Below, piece by piece: positions 40,602 through 49,795 of a stretch of DNA of 64,000 nucleotides (position 1 is the first letter of the stretch; each line of letters opens with the position of its first letter). The position numbers and the translations under genes were made by a program. Under the pieces are notes generated by a model. That model searched no databases. It had not been told where the DNA came from and was given only the letters and a program-made list of their open reading frames with translations. The stretch comes from a virus: IMG/VR virus record IMGVR_UViG_3300043410_001789, positions 8,864-72,863 of that record. The stretch is one strand, 5' to 3'.

Positions 40602-41273
40602 CTAGTCAATTTTTTCGTAACTTAGTCCCATGCCAATTCCAAATCCAGCCTTATCAGCATTAACTCCTTGATATGCTAATATGTCATTTGGATTGTTTGT
40701 ATTACCAAATACTCTGGCTTTCATCTTTTCCCAGGCATTATCGTCAGAGTTCTTTTCTAGGTCTACCCCCTGTATTGCAGCATGAAACTTCTTGTCTTGA
40801 TAATCAATTTCTCTTTTTGCATTAAGTGTTGCTGTTAATTCTGGCATTGATAGGGATGATTCAAGTTCTTCATAGTCTTTCCAAATACCCAGTAAAAATG
40901 CTTCTGATTCAAGTTTAGCTAGATCTAAATCTTCCCAAGCAGACCCACTCTCTACTGCTTGTTCCTTTACAGGTTCTTCTTTTTTAGAATTTATCTTAAT
41001 ACCTGCAGCAACATCTAGGACTTCGTAGACTGTTGGCATATCCATAAGGTCTTCTACCTGCCCCACAGTTGTTATTTCTGGTCTATATTGTTGCATTGCA
41101 ATGAGTGTGCAATAAACTAAATTAGTCATGGCCTCTTCATCGTTTTTAGATGCCTTAACTAGTTCAAATACATTTAAAAATTCTCTTAGGTATTTAAGTT
41201 TAAGTGGAGATATTGTAATACTGGTTCCATCTACAAACCGTACCCTTTTAGTATCATATATTTTAGTTGCCAT
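40602..41273 (-). CDS. tail assembly chaperone (long, GT-like)
   Basis: G-like N-terminal half plus LGIWKDYEELESSLSMPEL T-like half. Confidence 0.65.
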   Translation of the reverse strand: MATKIYDTKRVRFVDGTSITISPLKLKYLREFLNVFELVKASKNDEEAMTNLVYCTLIAMQQYRPEITTVGQVEDLMDMPTVYEVLDVAAGIKINSKKEEPVKEQAVESGSAWEDLDLAKLESEAFLLGIWKDYEELESSLSMPELTATLNAKREIDYQDKKFHAAIQGVDLEKNSDDNAWEKMKARVFGNTNNPNDILAYQGVNADKAGFGIGMGLSYEKID

Positions 41274-41292
41274 CTAATAAGTATACCAAATG

Positions 41293-41326
41293 CAAAACCC
41301 CCCAGCGATTAAACTGGAGGGCTTGC
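41293..41326 (-). terminator. probable terminator after the major tail gene
   Basis: Imperfect CCCTCCAG/CTGGGGGG stem followed by TTTT on the minus strand. Confidence 0.5.
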
Positions 41327-41344
41327 TATTAAGTTATTATTAAA

Positions 41345-42007
41345 TTATGCTGCTGGAATTGTACGGTCAACAATCTTACCGTATGACGCTGAGTCATTTG
41401 GTAGTAGACGGAAGTTAACCTCAAATTCGGTTGCTGCGTCACGCTTAGCTGCTACTGTAACGCTTTCAATTGAAAGTGCACGGTAAGCAACGTAGATACG
41501 CTCTAGCTCTGAGCCTGCTGCACAGTCACCTGTACCTGGACCAACTGCAACTAGACCACGCTCAACTGGACATTCTCCAATGTCACCAGCTGAGAGTCTC
41601 ATGGTTGGGTTGCCTGATACAGTAGAAAGGTTTGAGTCCTTTCCAGCAACTGCAAACAATAGGTTTTCTAGAGTTGCCTCTGCGAAAGTAGTCTTTAGAT
41701 CAACCTTCATACCCTGCTTGTAGAGCTTAGCAACGTCAAGAACCTGGTCAACCTTAACTTCACCGAAGTCAGGCTGGAACTGTAGCTCAAGACCGTTAGT
41801 TGTGTAACCAACGTTACGGAATGTTCCAGTCTGTGCCTCAAGTGTGTCCTTGTAAGACTCACCATCAACGTAGGTTGGAAGATCCAGAGCTGCCTGAGTG
41901 TCAGTAATGGTTCCTGATGAAGTTAGTCCAATTGGACCTTCTTCGTAAGTAAAAAGTGCTGCTGCACCAACAATGATGTTAGCACTTGAACCTCTGTTAT
42001 ATGCCAT
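41345..42007 (-). CDS. major tail tube protein
   Basis: NIIVGAA, VGYTTNGLEL, VDQ and TTFAEATLENL. Confidence 0.85.
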   Translation of the reverse strand: MAYNRGSSANIIVGAAALFTYEEGPIGLTSSGTITDTQAALDLPTYVDGESYKDTLEAQTGTFRNVGYTTNGLELQFQPDFGEVKVDQVLDVAKLYKQGMKVDLKTTFAEATLENLLFAVAGKDSNLSTVSGNPTMRLSAGDIGECPVERGLVAVGPGTGDCAAGSELERIYVAYRALSIESVTVAAKRDAATEFEVNFRLLPNDSASYGKIVDRTIPAA

Positions 42008-42072
42008 AATATTTCACCTCTTTTTCGTTAGAATATTTGGGCGTGTTTCCTCAACATAAGTATACCATGCTT

Positions 42073-42651
42073 TTAAGCATTGGTTAATTGTGGCATCTGG
42101 TGATACTCATATTCGATGATTATCTTGTTACCACCATAGGTTCTAGCAGTACCGAAATCAATGATGTCTGCGGTCTCTTCCAGCTGGTATACCCTGAATT
42201 TATGGAAATAGAACTGATTAGAAAACCCACCAAAGGTCTTACCCTTAGCCCAGGCATTGAGCTCTTCTGCAGTTTCGTCTTCTCTATCCATTAAGCGTAA
42301 TACAGTTTCTGTTGTGGCAATCATCTTGTCTGTAACACCATCAGCTGTGGCAAAGAAATAGTATAGAAGTTGCTCACCCTTTATGTGTGGAAATGGTGAT
42401 CTACGCAATCTGGTAAGTCTATCATATGTGCATCTTATTCCAGCGTATCCATAATTATTATTGTTTATTGTTATCCAACTTCCTGTTAGATCATCAATAG
42501 TGTTTGGTGATGGTGGGAAAAAGGGTACGCCAATATTTAATAATCCTGCTAGCTTTTCTTTTATGTATTCATTTACCCAAAGCATTGGAGTATTTATCAT
42601 GTAGTTTCCATTAGAAACTGACAACTGTTCTTCTGACGAATATATAGTCAT
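42073..42651 (-). CDS. putative tail terminator / neck protein
   Basis: Position before the major tail gene. Confidence 0.5.
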   Translation of the reverse strand: MTIYSSEEQLSVSNGNYMINTPMLWVNEYIKEKLAGLLNIGVPFFPPSPNTIDDLTGSWITINNNNYGYAGIRCTYDRLTRLRRSPFPHIKGEQLLYYFFATADGVTDKMIATTETVLRLMDREDETAEELNAWAKGKTFGGFSNQFYFHKFRVYQLEETADIIDFGTARTYGGNKIIIEYEYHQMPQLTNA

Positions 42652-43325
42652 TATGCTACTGTACCTGCCTTAACAATCCATTGGTATCCTGTAGATAGTC
42701 CAGTTGATCTTCCGCCACGTTTACCTGCTGGCATATTTGTTTTAAATACAACTGGATTTTGTAGATATGCTGAAATTCCACTAGCATATAGAAATGCTTG
42801 TGTAAAGTATACTTGGAAAAATTTATCGAATGTCTTTTCAAATCCACCTGCTGCATTAGAGCCACCAGGATTTTCCACAGTTACTGGATTAGTAGTAAAA
42901 ATATCCTGACCATCTTTATTAAAAGCAAGCACTTTAGAGTTCTTTGGTGCTATGGTAACTGGAATTCCATCTTCCATAATTTTAGCCTTATTATAAAATG
43001 GAACCTTAGATCCATTTTTAATTGATGATGATTGTCTAAATGTAGAGTTTACCGATAGACCGTATCCTTGTACAATGTAATCAATATCAAATAATCTTGC
43101 TTGTGGACTTCCAGACAAATTCCATTCGTAAACGTGACTTAGTAAACTTTCATCTACCCTTGCCATTGTATCTATGTATTCTTTTAATGCCTCTATGGTA
43201 GTTTTTCCAAGACCCTGTAAAAATTGAGGCTTTCCCTTTTCTACACCATCAAGGAATCCTAGGGAATATTGAATAATATTGTTCATATCTTTCATAAACA
43301 TCTTGTCATCTGTAATTACTTTCAT
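42651..43325 (-). CDS. neck/tail completion protein (putative)
   Basis: Position; HVYEW...ARLF and KAKIMEDG. Confidence 0.5.
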   Translation of the reverse strand: MKVITDDKMFMKDMNNIIQYSLGFLDGVEKGKPQFLQGLGKTTIEALKEYIDTMARVDESLLSHVYEWNLSGSPQARLFDIDYIVQGYGLSVNSTFRQSSSIKNGSKVPFYNKAKIMEDGIPVTIAPKNSKVLAFNKDGQDIFTTNPVTVENPGGSNAAGGFEKTFDKFFQVYFTQAFLYASGISAYLQNPVVFKTNMPAGKRGGRSTGLSTGYQWIVKAGTVA

Positions 43326-43771
43326 AAGTCTACCGCCTGGTTCTCAGATCTTTTCAAGACAATCTTATAGAATTCAACATTTCCAAATGGTCCAACGGTT
43401 GGTTCATTTGATACAATTTCAAATATTGTTGGTTTTCCAACTCTTGGGCCAGATGTTTCAACGTATACGCTATGTCCAGTTCTATCGCAGATATTTGAGA
43501 CAATGATATTTGTCATACCATTTGGGGCTTCTCTGTTGGAGATACGAATATCGCTCTTTACCCTGCCAAATAGTACAACTTCTTGTTTAATATTTATATT
43601 TGGCTTTATTTCTTCTGTGGCAGCACCGCCTGCAGAAGATAGGTTGCAGACTACCGTTCTATCATGAAGCCATTGTTTCTTTACGTTTCCGTAAACACCC
43701 TGATCAACAATTGGATAGTAAATCCCCATTGTCATTGGATATATAAAATCTGGAACTTCCTGGTTTGCCAT
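43322..43771 (-). CDS. head-tail stopper (putative)
   Basis: Position; beta-rich with a YGNVKKQW motif. Confidence 0.5.
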   Translation of the reverse strand: MANQEVPDFIYPMTMGIYYPIVDQGVYGNVKKQWLHDRTVVCNLSSAGGAATEEIKPNINIKQEVVLFGRVKSDIRISNREAPNGMTNIIVSNICDRTGHSVYVETSGPRVGKPTIFEIVSNEPTVGPFGNVEFYKIVLKRSENQAVDL

Positions 43772-44679
43772 TATAGCACTCCGACTTTAGTAATAGACTT
43801 TATATACTTTTCAAGCATTTTGTCTACTAAAAGATTACCTGTTCCCTCTAACATTTTTGCAGCGAACTGAATTCTAAACTGATCTGTGATATATCCCTTG
43901 ACATATTTTTGGTAATAGTCAAGTCTTCCGCATTTAAGATCATCAATTAAAATGATTGTTGCTTTTTCAACATCTGGTGGAATAGCTCGGAATCCTTCGT
44001 CAAGCACAAATAGGTAGTCGTCGCCCTTTGTAAAGGTTCCATAATTTCTATTATCATATATATAGTCTCCACGAGATATTGGAAGCTGTGGAGAGTTAGT
44101 ACTGATTAAGCTTGTTTGTCCAGTAAATTCTTTAATAATTGCAGAGTTATCTAATGTTACTCTATAATTAAATGCATTTGTTTCTGGGGTATCTATATCA
44201 AATACTAAAACATTATTGTGATATACCTTAAGTACACGGTTTGCATCTCTCCATACTGGCATGTAGTCTAGTCCATTACCCTGGATTTGAAGAATTGATT
44301 TGTGGTTATAAAAACCATTATTAGTATAAGTATCGATAATTGATCTTGCAATTAGTTCCCATCTTTTATAATCTGCAATCTCAGATGCTGTTGTACCAAG
44401 ATCTGCTGGATTAGTATATGGTCTAATGATATCTAAGTTTGATTCATAGATAATATGTTCATGCTCTGCGTCATAAAAACGAATAAGAAATTGACGATCG
44501 AACTGTACTTTGACAACTGGAAGGGTGTAGATTACTTTTCCATTTGCATCTGATGTAATTGTTGTTTCTTCGATTGAGTGGTCCACCAAATCCTCAACAT
44601 AGACTATGTAAGGATAGTTTGGATCTGGTAGATCCCATGTTGTTGTTAGTGGATATGGTGGAACCCTCAATACTTCCAT
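43771..44679 (-). CDS. head-tail adaptor (putative)
   Basis: ARSIIDTYT...IPPDVEKATIIL...VDKMLEKY, gp15/gp6-like. Confidence 0.6.
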   Translation of the reverse strand: MEVLRVPPYPLTTTWDLPDPNYPYIVYVEDLVDHSIEETTITSDANGKVIYTLPVVKVQFDRQFLIRFYDAEHEHIIYESNLDIIRPYTNPADLGTTASEIADYKRWELIARSIIDTYTNNGFYNHKSILQIQGNGLDYMPVWRDANRVLKVYHNNVLVFDIDTPETNAFNYRVTLDNSAIIKEFTGQTSLISTNSPQLPISRGDYIYDNRNYGTFTKGDDYLFVLDEGFRAIPPDVEKATIILIDDLKCGRLDYYQKYVKGYITDQFRIQFAAKMLEGTGNLLVDKMLEKYIKSITKVGVL

Positions 44680-45123
44680 TTAGAGACCGAACTCCTTGGC
44701 AACTTCTTCTGGGGTAGCAATTCTAATATAAGAACGCTCTGACCACTTTAGAGAAGCTTCCTTTGAAACGATGTTTACTCCACGATATACCTTGCCAACT
44801 CCTGGCCACGAAACGTTCTTTTCTGAGAAAAGAGCTACTGTCTCTTTTGACTTTTGGTTAGCTGCTGGTTTTACAACAGGCTTTGGGGTCTTTACGACTC
44901 TAGCCGATCCGATAGCCCCATTTTCAACTGGTGCTAGGCCAGCAACTGTTGTTGGTTTTGCAGCTTCTGCTGCAGGAGAATCTACGACATTTTCTGTCTT
45001 TGGCTCTTCAACTACAGGTACCTCGTTTACTGGTTCCTCAGTTGCTTCAGGAGCTGCAGCCTCTTCTGGCTTGACTTCTTCAGTGAGTGTAGTCTCAATG
45101 TTATCTAATGTTTCTTCTGACAT
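44680..45123 (-). CDS. hypothetical protein with acidic low-complexity N-terminus
   Basis: AGGAGG SD; C-terminal RIATPEEV. Confidence 0.7.
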   Translation of the reverse strand: MSEETLDNIETTLTEEVKPEEAAAPEATEEPVNEVPVVEEPKTENVVDSPAAEAAKPTTVAGLAPVENGAIGSARVVKTPKPVVKPAANQKSKETVALFSEKNVSWPGVGKVYRGVNIVSKEASLKWSERSYIRIATPEEVAKEFGL

Positions 45124-45161
45124 AATAACCTCCTAACTATTAATTATAACAGAATAAAATC

Positions 45162-45195
45162 AAAAAGGAGGCAGGGCCGAAACCCTGCCCCCCTT
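45162..45195 (-). terminator. intrinsic terminator after the major capsid gene
   Basis: GGCAGGG/CCCTGCC stem, TTCG-containing loop and T-tract. Confidence 0.75.
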
Positions 45196-45213
45196 TAAAG
45201 GATTAGTTACAGA

Positions 45214-46347
45214 CTAGTCGTCTGCACCTGCGTCAGCGAATGCAATTGCATCCTCTTCTTCCCACTGAATACCGAAACGTACGAATACGGTGTACTCAAT
45301 GGTGTCCTTCTTTGGCTTGTATTCACGGTTGACAGTGATGTCACGCTGGAATCCCCAAACACGGTTCTGAGGGAATGTAAGGTCTACATATCCTTCAGGG
45401 TAGTAAGGAACTTCCTGAACATCGATACCGAGAACACGAGTGGTACGAGCTCCACCGAAGGTCTGACCCTGACCGTCTAGGTAAGCCTGACGGTTAGCAG
45501 GGGTACCTGCTGGTGTACCAGCGAATGCTTCAGCAATTGCGTCAGCAAGTGTACCGTTGTGCTTGATGATACCCTGGAATGCGTCAGTACCTGCGTAGAA
45601 CTTAAGGTTGTTCTTAAGTGCACGGTACTTACGTGGCATAGCCAAGATAATGTTCTGCATAACTTCTGGAGTCCATGCGTTATCAGTTACTGTAACGATT
45701 GACTCGTGAGCGTCTCCGCCCTTAGCCTTGTTAACAAAACCGTTCATGATTCCGAGGAATGCACCATCGCCACTGTCTCCAGTACCGTTGATTGCTAGAT
45801 CCTCAATGTCATTTGCGAACGCATTTGTCATAAGACGTACTAGGTGATCTTCAAGAGCACCACCCTCAATACCATCTTCAAGAGCTTCAGCTGAAACTTC
45901 CCAGTCAAGACGAATCTTCTTGGTAGTAAGTTCAACCTTTGTGAAGCTTGCACCTGCGTTGGTGTAATCACCATTAGCCTGTGTAGCAGCACGGATAACA
46001 CGCTCACCTACGTTAACCTTTTCAAGTTCCATAGTGTTAGCTCTCATGGTCACACGGCGACCATCCTTGGCGAGAACTGTGGCATCCCACACGTAGTCAA
46101 TAAAACGACGTGCTTGCTCTGGGCGAAGGATACCGCTACCTGCCTCACCAGAAGGATTTACTGCGTTTGGACCAGTTGTTAGTCCAGTCAAAGCTGTTGG
46201 GATGTTTCCAACGGCACCACCTGTACGGTAGTTACCTGGAACATCTGCACCAGCGTTAGAACCAGAAGCGAAAGCACCTTCACCGTTGTAAAGACCGCTG
46301 TCAGCACCATCTGAATCTGGATTGTTTTTTCTAATTTCTTCCGACAT
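45214..46347 (-). CDS. major capsid protein (HK97 fold)
   Basis: GILRPEQARRFID, VSAEALEDGIEG, DIEDLAINGTG; AGGAGG SD before ATG 46347. Confidence 0.9.
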   Translation of the reverse strand: MSEEIRKNNPDSDGADSGLYNGEGAFASGSNAGADVPGNYRTGGAVGNIPTALTGLTTGPNAVNPSGEAGSGILRPEQARRFIDYVWDATVLAKDGRRVTMRANTMELEKVNVGERVIRAATQANGDYTNAGASFTKVELTTKKIRLDWEVSAEALEDGIEGGALEDHLVRLMTNAFANDIEDLAINGTGDSGDGAFLGIMNGFVNKAKGGDAHESIVTVTDNAWTPEVMQNIILAMPRKYRALKNNLKFYAGTDAFQGIIKHNGTLADAIAEAFAGTPAGTPANRQAYLDGQGQTFGGARTTRVLGIDVQEVPYYPEGYVDLTFPQNRVWGFQRDITVNREYKPKKDTIEYTVFVRFGIQWEEEDAIAFADAGADD

Positions 46348-46370
46348 ATTGTTCACCTCCTAAGTGATTT

Positions 46371-47687
46371 TTATCTAAATAGATCGGCAGTTTTGAGGAA
46401 ACGACCGCCCCATAGGGATTTCTCAACCAATTCTGGCTGAGTTTCCTGTACGATCTCGCCTAGATCGCCAGACTTACGGAAAGCAGTGTCAGCCTCAACA
46501 GCATCTACTCTCTTTCCAAACTCATTAAACACTTCATTGCTTGCAGCTACCTCATTTTTTACTGCAGCAAGTGACTTGCTTAGTTCTGCAATTTGTTCAG
46601 CCTGAGCTTGAACAACAGCAGTTAGATCGCTAAAGGCTTTTGTAACAACCTGCTTGACATCTTCAATAGATGCCTCTAGGTTATCTGACTTAGCGACAGG
46701 TGCAATAATTTCTTCATCTGCTTCTCTTGTTTCATCGTCTGGAGTAGACTCTGCAGCCTCTTCATTTGAAACAACTGTAGTGGTGACTTCACCCTTTTCT
46801 ACATCAGCATCTGCAACTTCTGCAACTGTTTCTGCCTCTGGAGCGACCTCTGTTTCTTCAACTGTAGTTTCTTCAACAGCTGCTTCATCAGCAACAGTCT
46901 CAACTACTTCATTTGTTGTTTCTGTCATAGGACTTGCCTCCTTGTTAATCTCAGTATTATTAATGCCTTTAGCACTATCTACTAAGAACTTTATCATGTC
47001 TATCTTATCTGCATCGGATTTTTCCACAAAACCAATGTTCTGCATCTGGTTTCCGTTTGTTGGGTTTAGCTCTGATTCATTTTCTGAAATAATAACAATT
47101 CCAGACTCTGAATCCCAAAAAACATTTTCCAATGTAGCATCGATACCCTCACCTTTAATAACGTCAACACCGTCTACCTTTTCAACAGAAAGAATATTTG
47201 CAAACTGGTTTGCAGGTGTATCAACTAGTGATAGTTCAAACAAATCGTAATCTTTAATAATGCGAATAGAAGAGTCCATCTTCTCGTCGTAAGCGTCGTC
47301 CCACTTATTCATTTTACCGCCAATAGAAAAGCCAGAAAGGGTGCCATCTAAGACCTTTTCCCAAGTGTCTTGAGCACCCTTTGAAACATATGCTGATACA
47401 TAAACGCCAGAGTAAAACTTCTTTGTCTCTGGGTCAAAATACTTATCTTCTTTGAACGATACCATTTTACCAACTGCTACTGGCTGGTGCATTTCACGGA
47501 TATTTCCACGGAATTTTGAGAATGCTTTAACCGAAGCCTCGGACGTAACGATGTCCTTTTGGCGATCAACATTGTCAAGAGTGGCAAAGCCAGAAACGAT
47601 GCGACGTTCTTTGTCTACCTTGCTAAAAGGCATAGACATTCTAACGTTCTCACCGTCTGTATCCCAGTGAACCTTTGATATAGTCAT
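46371..47687 (-). CDS. prohead protease fused to scaffolding domain
   Basis: VSGFAT..NVDRQKD, REMH, GFSIGG and ELSLVDTPAN; acidic/coiled-coil C-terminal half. Confidence 0.9.
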   Translation of the reverse strand: MTISKVHWDTDGENVRMSMPFSKVDKERRIVSGFATLDNVDRQKDIVTSEASVKAFSKFRGNIREMHQPVAVGKMVSFKEDKYFDPETKKFYSGVYVSAYVSKGAQDTWEKVLDGTLSGFSIGGKMNKWDDAYDEKMDSSIRIIKDYDLFELSLVDTPANQFANILSVEKVDGVDVIKGEGIDATLENVFWDSESGIVIISENESELNPTNGNQMQNIGFVEKSDADKIDMIKFLVDSAKGINNTEINKEASPMTETTNEVVETVADEAAVEETTVEETEVAPEAETVAEVADADVEKGEVTTTVVSNEEAAESTPDDETREADEEIIAPVAKSDNLEASIEDVKQVVTKAFSDLTAVVQAQAEQIAELSKSLAAVKNEVAASNEVFNEFGKRVDAVEADTAFRKSGDLGEIVQETQPELVEKSLWGGRFLKTADLFR

Positions 47688-47745
47688 ATTAATTATTATA
47701 GTCCCTTTTTATAAAACTTTACTATATATTATAACACCTTTTGAA

Positions 47746-49395
47746 CTAGTTTGTTGAACGGCCTTCGCCCTTTGGATTTCTTCCAGAAACTGTTGCAGTA
47801 TTGTCTGAAGAATTCGCAGTGCGTTCAGCATCCCTAGTTCTATTTTGTGTAGTGTTAGCAGTAGCGTCAGCAGCTGCTCTAGCATTGAGTTCTAATGGTT
47901 TGTCACCATCTGGACGTTGTGGAAGTCCTAGAACTTCACGAGCCTCATTAGGAACCATAATCTGGTTTCGAACGTATCGTTCAAGAATTTGAGATTGTGC
48001 AATTTCATCAGTTAGTGTTAGCTCATTAAACTTTAGTTCAAGGATGTCTGTCTTTTCTGAAACAATCTTGTTAATTACCTTCTCAAGGTTACGCTGTGCT
48101 GGTCTAGCTACCTGCTCCTTGAATGTACGATCTTGAGCCAAAGCAGCAGCAATAGCAGCAGAGTCTCCTCCACCAATTTTTGATAGTGGAACCTGGTGTG
48201 CTACAAGAACGTCATCACGGTTGCGGATGCGATACTCATTGAACGATGCTTCCTGTGTACCGCTTTCAACTGCTTCCATCTTGAACTCAACCTTATTGGT
48301 ATCTGAGTCTCCTGGAAGTGGAATATAGAGAGTTCTGTGGTTTTGTCCCTTGAGACTTGTCTGCAGGAAGCGGAACATCTTATCCTCTGCTTCTTCAGAA
48401 AGTTTTGCACCCTTAAGAGTAACGATGTAACGAGGAACACCCTTATTAGTAAAGTAGTCAATGTTGTACTGTGAAGCTAGGGCATCGCCCTGTAGGGCAG
48501 CAATTGCAGATAAGATATCTGGAACACCATAGAATGAATTTAGTGGTGAATACTGCTTAATATGAATAATTTCATTTGGACGAGGATCGTTGGTAATTGG
48601 ATTAGTATTTTTTGCACCAAAGTTACGGAAGTAAACAACCTTGTTTCCAATGATTTGAATATATCCATCACGAAGACGACGAACTCTCATAGTGGTTGCA
48701 GGTATGTGTCCAACATATCCGATATCTCCCTTAACTGTTCTACCAATTTCAAGATAGCCGTTTCCAGTTGATTCATAGTCAGTCCAAACTTTCATAAAGA
48801 CTGCTGTCATTGATTCATCCAGATTTAATGACTCAAGCCAGTCAGCAACTTCTACTTTAGCTCGTTCAATTCTTTTACGTGCTTTTTCAATAGCACTATC
48901 GTTGTCAGAGTTTTCTAGTGCCATTAGCGTCTTTGCGGTAGCCTGTAGCTGATAGCCCAATCCAACAATGTTTTCTACTTTTGCATCAATTGCTGCGTGA
49001 TTAGCAAAAGACATATCATAATAATTAGCAAGTTCGTACAAGTTCCATGGTGGGGTAATAACGTCAAATAGACCATAGCCGTTTCGGTATACTCTACCAG
49101 GATTAATTTCTTTAGATTGTGCTCCATCAATACCTTGGCGAACTGCAAGTGCAGAATCTTGGTATGCCAAGGAGTTAATATCTACGTTCTGATATCCAAC
49201 TGAATAGTTAATTGCTGGATCAACTGGGGCAGCCTTTTCAATTCTATCAGTGCGACGTTTAAAATTCTTTTCAATACCTGTTAGGTTTTTTAATTCGTCC
49301 CATGGTTTATTAAATGGATCTTGGGCCTTGAACAGATCTTGGACCTGTTCTGTTTGATCTATACCAATATCTCTGATGTAATGTTCTTCTGACAT
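47746..49395 (-). CDS. portal protein
   Basis: TGNGYLEI, IIHIKQYSP..FYGVP, YFTNKGVP and PNEAREVLGL. Confidence 0.92.
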   Translation of the reverse strand: MSEEHYIRDIGIDQTEQVQDLFKAQDPFNKPWDELKNLTGIEKNFKRRTDRIEKAAPVDPAINYSVGYQNVDINSLAYQDSALAVRQGIDGAQSKEINPGRVYRNGYGLFDVITPPWNLYELANYYDMSFANHAAIDAKVENIVGLGYQLQATAKTLMALENSDNDSAIEKARKRIERAKVEVADWLESLNLDESMTAVFMKVWTDYESTGNGYLEIGRTVKGDIGYVGHIPATTMRVRRLRDGYIQIIGNKVVYFRNFGAKNTNPITNDPRPNEIIHIKQYSPLNSFYGVPDILSAIAALQGDALASQYNIDYFTNKGVPRYIVTLKGAKLSEEAEDKMFRFLQTSLKGQNHRTLYIPLPGDSDTNKVEFKMEAVESGTQEASFNEYRIRNRDDVLVAHQVPLSKIGGGDSAAIAAALAQDRTFKEQVARPAQRNLEKVINKIVSEKTDILELKFNELTLTDEIAQSQILERYVRNQIMVPNEAREVLGLPQRPDGDKPLELNARAAADATANTTQNRTRDAERTANSSDNTATVSGRNPKGEGRSTN

Positions 49396-49396
49396 A

Positions 49397-49783
49397 CTAC
49401 TCACCATCTCCATAAAGTTCTAAAGTTTTCTTGGCTGCAATTAGTGCACCAAGGTCATTCATGCTAGGGATTAATCCCTGGTTCATTCTATCTACTTGCT
49501 CAGAATGCTCTTCGTCTGAGATCTTACGCATATTTGGGTAAAATACCGCACGTCCCTCTGGCTGCCCCCAATACTTAGCAGCATCTGCAAGTTCCTTGAT
49601 CTTTGACTTATCATCTTTCATGCCCTCAATAGATAGGGCGTTCCCCTGTCCGTCAGTAAAAGGCTTTCCGTTTGGTTTCATCCATACATAGGTTCCAAAT
49701 AGAGAAAACTCTTCTTGGATAACTTGTAGTCTGGGTTTTTGAACTTTGCTCAAAAGCTGTTCGTCAAATGAATTCATAACCAC
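49397..49783 (-). CDS. hypothetical protein
   Basis: 128-aa ORF before the portal gene. Confidence 0.7.
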   Translation of the reverse strand: MVMNSFDEQLLSKVQKPRLQVIQEEFSLFGTYVWMKPNGKPFTDGQGNALSIEGMKDDKSKIKELADAAKYWGQPEGRAVFYPNMRKISDEEHSEQVDRMNQGLIPSMNDLGALIAAKKTLELYGDGE

Positions 49784-49795
49784 TAGTATACCATA

